In this document: positions 1 through 9,364 of the stretch, piece by piece | How the letters are laid out: every line of letters starts with the position of its first letter | Numbering within the stretch: position 1 is the stretch's first letter | Assembly: GCA_951813565.1 (NCBI GenBank) | Contig: OX638351.1 | Location: 2,688,001 to 2,752,000, forward strand | Length of the DNA: 64,000 nt | Direction of reading: 5' to 3' | From: an uncultured Poribacteria bacterium | GTDB taxonomy: Bacteria > Poribacteria > WGA-4E > WGA-3G | Program-made: the position numbers and the translations under genes | Notes under the pieces: generated by a model | What the model was told of the DNA's origin: nothing | Database searches by the model: none | What the model saw: the letters and a program-made list of their open reading frames with translations, nothing else

Positions 1-1
1 C

Positions 2-313
2 CAGATCGGCACCCCCGCTGTTGATGCTCTCATCGCTGCATTTAATGAAGCTGATACTACTGCGAAAGACATTGCCGCTTCTGCCCTCGGTAATATAGGT
101 GGAATACAGACACGCGACTTTTTGATTAATGCCTTAGAAACCACTGACGATCCAGCGATACAATTAACGTTGGTAGACGCAATCGCTAAAATTGGAGATG
201 AATCCGCACTCAGTGCCCTTGAGCGCCAACGCCAACGTTTTCAAGAAGATGATTCCGCCATCCGCATCTTTCTTGATGAGGTTTTTAGCAGCTTGACGGA
301 TCCCTCTCAGTAG
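2..313 (+). CDS. HEAT/PBS-lyase repeat protein, 3' part (5' truncated by window edge)
   Basis: Frame open from nt 2: QIGTPAVDALIAAF..AASALGNIGG..LINALE..LVDAIAKIGDESAL, a HEAT-like helical repeat pattern. Confidence 0.75.
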   Translation, partial: QIGTPAVDALIAAFNEADTTAKDIAASALGNIGGIQTRDFLINALETTDDPAIQLTLVDAIAKIGDESALSALERQRQRFQEDDSAIRIFLDEVFSSLTDPSQ

Positions 314-414
314 ACACCGTTTTCTTCTTTGAATACTACACAAAATTTGAAATGTAACTGACAAAAGTTACGGAATTTTTAAGAATACGCTACAAGCTGG
401 CATACACAAGATTA

Positions 415-1260
415 ATGAAAATTGGACTAATTTCCGACTTGCATGCGGAAGCAACCGAAGCCAATAGAGCGATTGTTCCATTTCTCATTGATGCGATCAT
501 ATCTGCTGAACTTGATGTTTTTGTCCTCGCAGGTGATGTAACCCCCAATTTATCTGAATTCTACGAAATACTCGGTGAATTTGACAAGGCTGAATTGCCT
601 TGTCAAAAATTGTTTGTTCCGGGTAATCACGATATTTGGGTCAGCAAGGATGCGAACATGACGAGTCAACAGAAATGCCGTGTGATTTCAGAAATTTGCC
701 AAGATCACAGGTTTTATCCACTTATTGATGCGCCATATATCGCTGAAAAAATAGGTTTCTGCGGCACCATAGGTTGGTACGATTATACGTTTGCTTCGGA
801 TGAATACGATTTTTCTGCTGAGCAATATGCTAAAAAACAGTTGATGGGAACAGTCTGGAATGATAAGCGGTATGCAAGGTGGTCAGATACGGACCAGAAA
901 GTCGCACACCGCTTTGAGGCTGAGCTTGATAAGCAGATCGCTTTCTTGAAGGATAGGGTGCAACGCATCATTGTCGTCACACATCATGTTCCGTTTCGGA
1001 AGTGTATTCACTACCGTGGGGAATTGCCTTGGGACTATTTTCGTGCGTTTTACGGAAGTGAAGGGCTTGGTATGTTATGTTTACAGGAACCGCTTGTTAC
1101 GCATGTCCTTTTTGGACATGTGCATTATGCTGTTAATCAACAGGTCGAGAACGTAAAAGCAATTTGTGCACCTATCGGTTATCTTCACAAACAACCGACT
1201 GAAGGCTTGCAGGCTTATGCTGAACGAAGTTTGACCTGTTTCACTTTAGCAACGGTTTAA
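415..1260 (+). CDS. Calcineurin-like metallophosphoesterase
   Basis: SDLH, AGD, PGNHD, THH and GHVH motifs. Confidence 0.9.
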   Translation: MKIGLISDLHAEATEANRAIVPFLIDAIISAELDVFVLAGDVTPNLSEFYEILGEFDKAELPCQKLFVPGNHDIWVSKDANMTSQQKCRVISEICQDHRFYPLIDAPYIAEKIGFCGTIGWYDYTFASDEYDFSAEQYAKKQLMGTVWNDKRYARWSDTDQKVAHRFEAELDKQIAFLKDRVQRIIVVTHHVPFRKCIHYRGELPWDYFRAFYGSEGLGMLCLQEPLVTHVLFGHVHYAVNQQVENVKAICAPIGYLHKQPTEGLQAYAERSLTCFTLATV

Positions 1261-1287
1261 AATATAAATAGAGTAGAGGAGAACAAT

Positions 1288-1647
1288 ATGGAAATTACGC
1301 TAACAAATAGTAACGAATTTGGTGCACTTGAATTTCCGTGGGGTGCAATTAAATGGTTGTGTAATGATCAGATTGATCCAGATGCTGAAATGACATTCGG
1401 TGTTGTTTACATTAATGCTGGTGAAGGTAACCCAACCCACTATCATCCGAATTGCGAGGAACTTATCTATGTGCTTTCAGGTGAATGCGACCATAAGTTA
1501 GGAGATGAAACAATTCCACTCAAGCAAGGGATGATGCTGCGCATTCCACGTAATGTCAAACACAACGCTATCAATACGGGTTGGCAACCGGTAACGATGA
1601 TTATCTGTTATTCAGATGCTGACAGACAAACAGTGTTTTGTGATTAA
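1288..1647 (+). CDS. Cupin domain protein
   Basis: HYHPNCEELIYVLSG and IPRNVKH cupin motifs; RBS GAGGAG. Confidence 0.9.
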   Translation: MEITLTNSNEFGALEFPWGAIKWLCNDQIDPDAEMTFGVVYINAGEGNPTHYHPNCEELIYVLSGECDHKLGDETIPLKQGMMLRIPRNVKHNAINTGWQPVTMIICYSDADRQTVFCD

Positions 1648-1699
1648 ACGGATGCAGAACATTAAACTTTTTAAAATCGGCAAACAGGAATTATGATCC

Positions 1700-2395
1700 A
1701 TGCCCAATGAATCCAAGTGCAAAGTCAAAATCTGCGGCACGACCTCAATCCACGATGCTTGTCTTGCTGCTGATGCTGGTGCGAATTACTCTGGCGTATT
1801 AGTTGAAGTTGCTTCTTCAGAACGATCGCTAACCACTACCCAAGCAGTAGAAATCGCCAATGGAAGCCCTATCCCGACAGTGTTGTTACTATACAATCGG
1901 ACAACGTCAGACATCCAAGAAAAAGTAAGACAAATTCAACCGTTTGCGGTGCAACTTCTTGGACAAGAGCCACCACAACACGTTGAAAAACTCAAACGTG
2001 TTGTAACATGTCAACTCTGGAAATCTGTCTATCTGCCTGCAGGCAGTCCAGAAAATGTGGACATGCAAGCAGTCCGAGCACAGATGCAAGCATACTGTGA
2101 TGCTGGCGCGGATTTTCTCCTATTTGATACTGTTGATACCAGCATTGATCCGCCTCGGTACGGTGGGACAGGAAAGACCTGTGATTGGCATGTAGCGGCT
2201 GAGTTAATTGCTGATAGTCCGCTACCTGTCTTTTTTGCAGGTGGAATTCGTCCTGATAACGTCAAAGATGCTATTGAGACAATTAAACCTCACGGTATTG
2301 ACCTCTGCTCTGGTGTAGAAGCGTCAAAGGGAGTTAAAGAGAAGCAGAAACTTGAACGACTTATGGAACAAGTCAAACTTGCAGAGGAAATGTAA
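1700..2395 (+). CDS. trpF: Phosphoribosylanthranilate isomerase
   Basis: KVKICG, YGGTGKT.DW, FAGGI.PDNV and IDLCSGVE motifs. Confidence 0.85.
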   Translation: MPNESKCKVKICGTTSIHDACLAADAGANYSGVLVEVASSERSLTTTQAVEIANGSPIPTVLLLYNRTTSDIQEKVRQIQPFAVQLLGQEPPQHVEKLKRVVTCQLWKSVYLPAGSPENVDMQAVRAQMQAYCDAGADFLLFDTVDTSIDPPRYGGTGKTCDWHVAAELIADSPLPVFFAGGIRPDNVKDAIETIKPHGIDLCSGVEASKGVKEKQKLERLMEQVKLAEEM

Positions 2396-2416
2396 CCTTA
2401 ATCTACAAACAGTGGT

Positions 2417-2441
2417 TCGGGTAGAGCAAGCGAAACCCGAC
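2417..2441. repeat. REP-like palindrome (TCGGGTAGAGC family)
   Basis: TCGGG..CCCGA hairpin; same family as the doublet at 13636-13711. Confidence 0.6.
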
Positions 2442-2516
2442 AAAACATTATAGTGAATAAGAACAGATAGAATTCTATAACAAAGAGAACAAGCACCTAT
2501 TGTTGTCCCAAAATAG

Positions 2517-2545
2517 TTGAAATCAGTTGTATAATAGGGTATACT
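2517..2545 (+). promoter_or_regulatory. Sigma70-type promoter of barrel paralog 1
   Basis: TTGAAA-N17-TATACT. Confidence 0.65.
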
Positions 2546-2621
2546 TGTTTCATACTGCAATGTGAAGTGCTCTCACTCTGGGCACATCTTATTACTTTGC
2601 ACAACCTAAGGAGACTTTTAT

Positions 2622-3350
2622 ATGAAGATCAAAGTACTTCAGTTAACCTTTATCTTTCTAATGATCTGTATAATTTCCGTTGCCGCCCCTTCCGCTGTCT
2701 TTGCAGACGCACATGAGACTGAAGGGGAAATGGCGCCTGAAGCCGAAATGGCAGAAGAAAAACCAGGTGTTTCAGGGTGGTTCCAAGTTGATGTTGATAG
2801 TTTAGGGACGTATTTCTTGATTGGTGCCAGCCATCCGATTGGCGGTGTCTCAATCGCTTCTAACATCTATGTCAATGATCATCTCGGCGAATTTGACCTC
2901 GGTGTCTCATTACCCGCAGTGAAAAGTGACAGTGTGTCACTTGATTTGGTCCCGATGCTCGGAGTTGGGTTTGACTACACTGGAGCGGATGGTCCCGATG
3001 CTCTATTTCCGCAATTTTTTGCTTTTCTGACCACACCTAAAATCTATTTTTTTCACTGGACCATTGGAACAGTTTCTACGATATTTGATGATACCGCTGT
3101 CAACGAACTCTACACCCGTAATTTTCTCACATATTCCATAAACGATACCATCGCTATTGGTCCGCAGGCTGAAGCAGTTTTCGTTTTTGCTGATGAGCTG
3201 GATAAACCTCTGAAACTAAATTTCGGTGGACGCATTAACATCGGCTACGGAACAGCTAATTTACTCGGTTTATACATCGGGTATGAAACAAAGAAAGAGG
3301 AAGGGGAAACTGGTCTTACGGGTAGAATGAATTTCACTCGTTTCTGGTAG
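2622..3350 (+). CDS. Putative outer-membrane beta-barrel protein, paralog 1
   Basis: Signal peptide ending AVFA, amphipathic beta-strand pattern, aromatic C-terminus (NFTRFW); paralog of 5154..5885. Confidence 0.7.
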   Translation: MKIKVLQLTFIFLMICIISVAAPSAVFADAHETEGEMAPEAEMAEEKPGVSGWFQVDVDSLGTYFLIGASHPIGGVSIASNIYVNDHLGEFDLGVSLPAVKSDSVSLDLVPMLGVGFDYTGADGPDALFPQFFAFLTTPKIYFFHWTIGTVSTIFDDTAVNELYTRNFLTYSINDTIAIGPQAEAVFVFADELDKPLKLNFGGRINIGYGTANLLGLYIGYETKKEEGETGLTGRMNFTRFW

Positions 3351-3368
3351 TACAAATTCGAAAATAAG

Positions 3369-3389
3369 GGCGCGGTTACAAGCCGCGCC
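3369..3389. terminator. Hairpin between convergent genes
   Basis: GGCGCGG-N7-CCGCGCC. Confidence 0.55.
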
Positions 3390-3393
3390 ACCT

Positions 3394-4815
3394 CTACTCC
3401 ACCAAATAAATATGAATTGTTCTATCTTTTGCCCGTGAGAACGCTGGTAACGTTTCTATCATGCGTCCTCGTTTGCGAATCCAATTACGAACAGTCATAT
3501 CCGCATCAAAGACGTTAAAACTCGCCACGTCTACGATAAACCATATTCGTTTACCATCTGAACTTTCCCATTCTTTCTCAAAAGATACTTTATCCTTTAC
3601 CAATTTGTCAACGTCAATCGATTCCGATGTTGGCATATAATACCTTGTCATTTCTGGTTCTGATAGTACCAATTGATCGGTTGGTTTGCGCTTAACTTTG
3701 ATAACTTCAAATGCCTCCCTCCATTTCGGTCTACCACCATTTTCAAATCGAAAGTAGAGATAATTTTGAGATAACAATACAACAATGAGCAGGCAAGGAA
3801 GCAGGGCCTTGAACAAGTTATATTTGTCCGCAGTTACTGCTTCCCAAAGATAAGTACATGCAACTGCGGCAAGGATAAAATAGGCAGGTGTTGTCCAAAA
3901 CAGATAATAGCCCGCTACATTCTGAAACTGAGACGCTATGAGGAGAAGCACCAACGGCACGCCAGCGAAACACATTAAAAATCGAGTAGCACGATCATGT
4001 GGATTTACGATAGCAGCAAAAAAAGCAGTAACGGCTATCGGAATGCTAACCCCTTGGACAAGTGTGAGAACAATATAGATAGGACTCCGTCCCCACTCAT
4101 TGTGTCCCCACCCGGAAGATACGTAGCCGCGAATCTGTGGGAGGGCAAGCATTAGGACAGGTAGAGCAAATGGTACAAAAAATAGAAGCAGATTTATCCA
4201 TCGCTTTCGGTTACGTTCTTCTAACAGCCGAAGTGTTGCATAGACCGCCAACGCAGGCACGATTGCTGCAGCAAGCAAGTGCGACAAGATAAGGCAAATA
4301 CAGGAAAAGAGCGCACATATTGTTAATAACGTTGAATCGTTTTCAAGGGAGCGATAGAAAAACCATGCTGTCAATGCAGCAAAAAGAAAAGTGAAGATAT
4401 ACGAACGCGCATTTTGCGACCAAAATAGATGCCAGCTTGACAAGGCAACAAATGCCGTTGCCAATAATCCTACTCTGCTATTGTATAAGGTCTGCCCCAA
4501 ACTAAAGATTATCGGAATTGATAGAATACCTGCAATACAAAAAATTAGACGGTTATCCCATTCCTCCCCTCCCTCAATCAAAAATGATAACTTCTCACTT
4601 ATAAAAACGGAAAACTTCGCTGCGATATAAGGTATTGGATTAATTGGAGAATTGGAAAGAGAAAATTCTTTGGCATCCAGTACTGTCAGAACTTCGTCAA
4701 TCCAGAAACTCCACTGTCCCAGAGACCAAAACCGAAGGAGTGCCCCGATACTGACTATACAGATAAGCAAAATATGCCTATTTTTTAGGCAGTTTTGTGA
4801 TGAAAATTTCAGCAT
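3394..4815 (-). CDS. GT-C fold (GT39/ArnT-like) membrane glycosyltransferase
   Basis: SFWIDE motif after first TM helix, SQNARSY motif, many TM helices. Confidence 0.85.
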   Translation of the reverse strand: MLKFSSQNCLKNRHILLICIVSIGALLRFWSLGQWSFWIDEVLTVLDAKEFSLSNSPINPIPYIAAKFSVFISEKLSFLIEGGEEWDNRLIFCIAGILSIPIIFSLGQTLYNSRVGLLATAFVALSSWHLFWSQNARSYIFTFLFAALTAWFFYRSLENDSTLLTICALFSCICLILSHLLAAAIVPALAVYATLRLLEERNRKRWINLLLFFVPFALPVLMLALPQIRGYVSSGWGHNEWGRSPIYIVLTLVQGVSIPIAVTAFFAAIVNPHDRATRFLMCFAGVPLVLLLIASQFQNVAGYYLFWTTPAYFILAAVACTYLWEAVTADKYNLFKALLPCLLIVVLLSQNYLYFRFENGGRPKWREAFEVIKVKRKPTDQLVLSEPEMTRYYMPTSESIDVDKLVKDKVSFEKEWESSDGKRIWFIVDVASFNVFDADMTVRNWIRKRGRMIETLPAFSRAKDRTIHIYLVE

Positions 4816-4983
4816 TTTTAGCAGAAAATGATCTCCTCAAACTATGTAAATTTACGGACTATTTACCGGCACTCTATCTAACTGTATGAAGGTTATTGTA
4901 AGGATGCGTCTAATGTTGGTCTTATGCCAATAAGGCATCAAACCTTCACATCAAATTACATAATGTTTGCATCATAACACAAT

Positions 4984-4999
4984 TGGCACGCATATTGCT
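4984..4999 (+). promoter_or_regulatory. Sigma54 (-24/-12) promoter
   Basis: TGGCACGCATATTGCT matches TGGCACG-N4-TTGCW; lies upstream of barrel paralog 2 and amt genes. Confidence 0.85.
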
Positions 5000-5153
5000 T
5001 TAACTGAGGCAGTGCAACTAAGCACAGATTCTATCACAAGTTGATGCCGCGTTCAATAAAAATTGGGCAAGTTGAGTTTCTCAAACTGGCACACAACTTA
5101 TTCTGGCACAACATAAGTAGTGCTTGAATTATTATTCTATTAAGGAGATTTTA

Positions 5154-5885
5154 ATGAAAATTAAAGCGTTTTGGTTACCCCAATTATTGGCAATAGTTTG
5201 TATCCTTGCAGTTGGTAGTGTCCCGATGGTTTACGGTGATGCTCACGAAGCGGGTGAAGAGATGGAAATGGAAATGGAAATGGAAGAAGAGTCAGGTGTT
5301 TCCGGTTGGTTCCGGACCGATACAGATAGTTTAGGAACACAAATCTGGGTTGGTGCAAGCCATCCGGTTGGAAGTATCTCTATAGACAGTGATATTTATG
5401 TCGTGGATACCTTCGGTGAGTTTGACCTCGGTCTCGGTATTCCAGTTGCAGACAGCGACAGTCTGTCACTCAGTTTTCTTCCCATGGTTGGTATTGGATT
5501 TGACTACGGCACAGCGAATGGTCCAACAACATTGATTGCACCGCAGTTGTTCACCTATCTTACCGCTGGTTCCATCTATTTTGAATCGTGGATCCAAGGT
5601 TTTTTCAATTCGCCTTTTGATGAAGAGGGGGCAGATTCGCTCTATACACGCGATTTTATTCTCTATTCTATCAATGATACCGTTGCTATCGGCCCACAAG
5701 TTGAAGCGACAATTGATTTAGGTGATGATGGCGGACTCGGAAGCCTCGTTGTTGGTGGACGCATCAATCTCGGCTACGGTGAAAATAACACGCTTGGACT
5801 CTTTGTCGGTTTTGAAACCCAGCTTGAAGAAGATTCGGAAGATACGGGAATAACGGGTAGAATGACGTTCGTCCGCAGTTGGTAA
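5154..5885 (+). CDS. Putative outer-membrane beta-barrel protein, paralog 2
   Basis: RBS AAGGAG before ATG 5154; signal peptide; EMEMEMEM tract from a GAAATG microsatellite; C-terminus TFVRSW. Confidence 0.7.
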   Translation: MKIKAFWLPQLLAIVCILAVGSVPMVYGDAHEAGEEMEMEMEMEEESGVSGWFRTDTDSLGTQIWVGASHPVGSISIDSDIYVVDTFGEFDLGLGIPVADSDSLSLSFLPMVGIGFDYGTANGPTTLIAPQLFTYLTAGSIYFESWIQGFFNSPFDEEGADSLYTRDFILYSINDTVAIGPQVEATIDLGDDGGLGSLVVGGRINLGYGENNTLGLFVGFETQLEEDSEDTGITGRMTFVRSW

Positions 5886-6066
5886 AGGATATATTTGTGA
5901 GGACAGTAGGTTTGCTGTCCTTTGCGTAGGTTAAAATCATCGCGAATCAGAAAAAGCGCTTGATTCGCGATGTATCCAAAATATTATTGAACACGACGAA
6001 ACGGATGTAAACTCTCAGTTCCCAGAGTTCTAAGAAGCAGTTTTATTGAAATATAGGAGATTTCAA

Positions 6067-7497
6067 ATGAAAAAAGTGGTTATAATAACGGTTCTGATCT
6101 TAACCTGCCTACTAAGCCTAAATGCTTTTGCCTTGAATGGAAATGTTGATGACTTGGAAGCTGAAGGTGAAAAGGTAATGGCTTACGAAGGCACTCCGTA
6201 TGAAAAAGAGATGGTTAAGATTCCAGCAGGAAAATATAGCGCAGACACGCTGTGGGTACTTGTCGCTGCATTCCTCGTTTTCTTTATGCAGGCTGGTTTC
6301 GCTATGGTGGAATCTGGATTCACACGTGCCAAAAATGCTGTCAACATTCTCATGAAAAACCTCATGGACTTCTCAATGGGTTCAATCGCTTATTGGGCAA
6401 TCGGTTTTGCCATTATGTTTGGTGCTGGTAATGCATTCATGGGAACAAGTGGTTGGTTCGTCCCAGCTGAATCCGGCGTGTTTAGTTCGTTAGAGTGGAG
6501 TTCTGTTCCAACACACGCGGCATGGCTCTTCCAACTTGTTTTTGCTGCAACGGCTGCGACTATTGTTTCCGGTGCTATGGCAGAACGAACACAGTTCAAA
6601 AGTTATCTGATTTATAGTGTTTTTATCACCGGTATCATCTATCCGATTGTTGGTCACTGGATTTGGGGTGGCGGTTGGTTATCAAGTCTGGGCATGTCCG
6701 ATTTTGCTGGCTCAACAGTCGTCCATTCAACAGGCGGTTGGCTTGCATTGACAGGAGCTATTGTCTTAGGACCGCGGCTCGGTAAATATGATAGCGAAGG
6801 CAAACCGAGACCTATTGCTGGTCATAACCTGCCACTTGCAGCACTTGGTGTCTTTATTTTATGGCTCGGTTGGTTCGGATTCAATCCTGGAAGTGAAATG
6901 GGCGCGAATGCAGGAGCTATTTCCAGCATCGCAGTAACTACGAACCTCGCAGCTGCTGCAGGTGCTATTACAGCTATGATTACTGCATGGATATTTCTTG
7001 GCAAACCTGATGCAGGCATGTCCCTTAACGGTGCGCTCGCTGGGTTGGTAACAATTACTGCTGGTTGCGCTTCCGTTAGTCCGACATCCGCTGCTATTAT
7101 GGGTGCACTCGGTGGTATCGTAGTTGTTTTGAGCGTGCTGTTGTTAGAACGTTTCCGAATTGACGATCCTGTCGGTGCTGTCTCTGTTCACGGTACGTGT
7201 GGTGCTTTAGGCACACTCCTACTTGGATTTTTCCATAGCAAGCAAGGCATTTTCTATGCACACACAGTACTTACAAAAAATCCTGATACCGTATATGGGT
7301 TCGGATTTCTCTGGGCACAATTCGTCGGTGTTATCGCTGTTCTGGTATGGTGTCTCGTTACTGGGTTTATTCTCTTCTATGCAATCAAAGCGGTTACTGG
7401 CTTGCGGGTTACACAAGAAGAAGAACAAGCAGGTCTTGACTATGAAGAACACGGTGCAAGTGCCTATCCGGACTTTAATGTTTCATCCATACGTTAG
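6067..7497 (+). CDS. amt: Ammonium transporter (LVFFMQAGF-type Amt)
   Basis: DFAGSTVVH, WFGFN, DDPVGAVSVHG; both pore His present; RBS AGGAG before ATG 6067. Confidence 0.95.
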   Translation: MKKVVIITVLILTCLLSLNAFALNGNVDDLEAEGEKVMAYEGTPYEKEMVKIPAGKYSADTLWVLVAAFLVFFMQAGFAMVESGFTRAKNAVNILMKNLMDFSMGSIAYWAIGFAIMFGAGNAFMGTSGWFVPAESGVFSSLEWSSVPTHAAWLFQLVFAATAATIVSGAMAERTQFKSYLIYSVFITGIIYPIVGHWIWGGGWLSSLGMSDFAGSTVVHSTGGWLALTGAIVLGPRLGKYDSEGKPRPIAGHNLPLAALGVFILWLGWFGFNPGSEMGANAGAISSIAVTTNLAAAAGAITAMITAWIFLGKPDAGMSLNGALAGLVTITAGCASVSPTSAAIMGALGGIVVVLSVLLLERFRIDDPVGAVSVHGTCGALGTLLLGFFHSKQGIFYAHTVLTKNPDTVYGFGFLWAQFVGVIAVLVWCLVTGFILFYAIKAVTGLRVTQEEEQAGLDYEEHGASAYPDFNVSSIR

Positions 7498-7545
7498 ACA
7501 TATTTTCAGATAACCTTCAATTGGAAGATTCAAGGTTACAAACTC

Positions 7546-7618
7546 AAAATAGGGTGCCCATAAGAAGTTTACTTATATCCCTGAGTTTTACTTCTTGGCT
7601 TATGGGCGTTCCTATTTT
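7546..7618 (+). terminator. Long hairpin between the amt genes
   Basis: AAAATAGG.GCCCATAAG ... CTTATGGGC..CCTATTTT inverted repeat. Confidence 0.6.
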
Positions 7619-7852
7619 ACTGTTTGTATGGCGTTATCTTGTTTTGCCGTTGATTGTAATCACTTGAAACCTTAATGTTATTCTGATAGAATGCTAAATC
7701 AATACTCGTAGAAGTTAGACCCTTTAAGAAGCGTTAGTAGGACGGATAATTTTTTTCTTCAAATTGAAATTGGAAGGTGGACAAGGTTGTCTACCTTTAT
7801 AGAAAATAACTGAACAAGTACCATCACTTGTTTAATACTAAGGAGGATACAG

Positions 7853-9265
7853 ATGCAACAAAGATGTGCATCGCATTGGACAAGGAAGCGTTTTAGTTAC
7901 GCATTAATTGGAACGCTCATACTATTTTTATTGATATCTGGTGTGTCAAGTCTAATTCTGACACAAGATGTGTTTGCAGACCAGCATGAGACAACTGAAG
8001 TGGAGGCAGAATCATCACTCAATTCCGGTGACACCGCTTGGATGCTAACTTCAACTGCACTCGTGCTGTTTATGACTATTCCGGGACTCGCGCTCTTCTA
8101 CGGGGGACTTGTGCGCGTACAGAATGTACTCTCTGTGCTCATGCAGTGTTTCGCATTGACAGGGATTATCACAATCTTATGGATTATTATTGGGTATAGT
8201 CTTGCTTTTAACACCGCTGGCATGGTGAAAGGGACAATTACATTCAACTCTTTTGTTGGAGGACTCGGTACATTTTTCTTGACAGGTATCGGCGTAGAGA
8301 GTTTATACGACGACAATATTCCCGAAACAGTTTTTGTTACCTTCCAGTTGACGTTTGCGATTATCACACCGGCACTGATAGCCGGGGCATTCGCTGAACG
8401 GATGAAGTTCTCTGCGATGTTGATTTTCTCTGCAATCTGGTCGTTAATTGTTTATGCTCCTATATGCCACATGGCATGGGCAAACGCCGGCGTTGGTGGT
8501 GCCTTATTTGGTGATATTATCGGTGCCCTTGATTTCGCTGGCGGAACCGTTGTGCATATTAACGCAGGGATCGCGGCATTAGTTGCTGCTATATTGGTTG
8601 GAAAACGACTCGGTTACCAGACAACAGCGATGCCACCACATAGTTTGACGCTAACTGTCGTCGGGGCATCAATGCTTTGGGTCGGCTGGTTCGGTTTCAA
8701 CGCCGGTAGTGCTGTTGCTGCTGATGGTACTGCAGGTATGGCGATGCTCGTGACGCAGATTTCGACTGCTACTGCTGCTGTCACATGGATGTTCATTGAA
8801 TGGGGCAAACACGGCAAACCGAGTGCCTTAGGTATTGTTACAGGTGCTGTTGGAGGATTAGTTGCAATTACACCTGCTTCAGGCACAGTTGGTCCGATTG
8901 GTGCGCTTGTTATCGGATTCGTCTCCGGTGCTGTCTGTTTCTGGGGTGCAACAAGTTTAAAAGCGAAACTCGGTTATGACGATTCGCTTGATGCGTTTGG
9001 TGTTCACGGAATCGGTGGAATTGTCGGTGCCTTGTTGACAGGTGTTTTTTCGGCTACAGTTTTAGGTGGTTCTGAAGATATAATGATTGGAAGTCAGCTC
9101 TGGGCACAGTTCCTTAGCATTGTTATCACTATTGTTTGGAGTGGTGTGCTTTCGTTCATAATCCTTAAAATCGTTGATGCAATAGTCGGTTTACGCGTTG
9201 AAGAGGACGATGAACGCATGGGTCTTGACCTCTCACAGCACAACGAACGTGGTTATAACCTCTAA
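7853..9265 (+). CDS. amtB: Ammonium transporter (AmtB type)
   Basis: LVLFMTIPGLALFYGG, DFAGGTVVHINAG, DDSLDAFGVHG, C-terminal GLDLSQHNERGY. Confidence 0.95.
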   Translation: MQQRCASHWTRKRFSYALIGTLILFLLISGVSSLILTQDVFADQHETTEVEAESSLNSGDTAWMLTSTALVLFMTIPGLALFYGGLVRVQNVLSVLMQCFALTGIITILWIIIGYSLAFNTAGMVKGTITFNSFVGGLGTFFLTGIGVESLYDDNIPETVFVTFQLTFAIITPALIAGAFAERMKFSAMLIFSAIWSLIVYAPICHMAWANAGVGGALFGDIIGALDFAGGTVVHINAGIAALVAAILVGKRLGYQTTAMPPHSLTLTVVGASMLWVGWFGFNAGSAVAADGTAGMAMLVTQISTATAAVTWMFIEWGKHGKPSALGIVTGAVGGLVAITPASGTVGPIGALVIGFVSGAVCFWGATSLKAKLGYDDSLDAFGVHGIGGIVGALLTGVFSATVLGGSEDIMIGSQLWAQFLSIVITIVWSGVLSFIILKIVDAIVGLRVEEDDERMGLDLSQHNERGYNL

Positions 9266-9289
9266 ACGAGGTAAAATTCCTAACAAGAA

Positions 9290-9314
9290 TAGGCGCGCTT
9301 ATAAAGCGCGCCTA
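9290..9314. terminator. Hairpin between convergent genes
   Basis: TAGGCGCGCTT-ATA-AAGCGCGCCTA perfect stem. Confidence 0.65.
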
Positions 9315-9364
9315 CAAATAGATAGAGGCAGGCGGGAAATTCTGTCTGTCCAATTTTTACCAGA

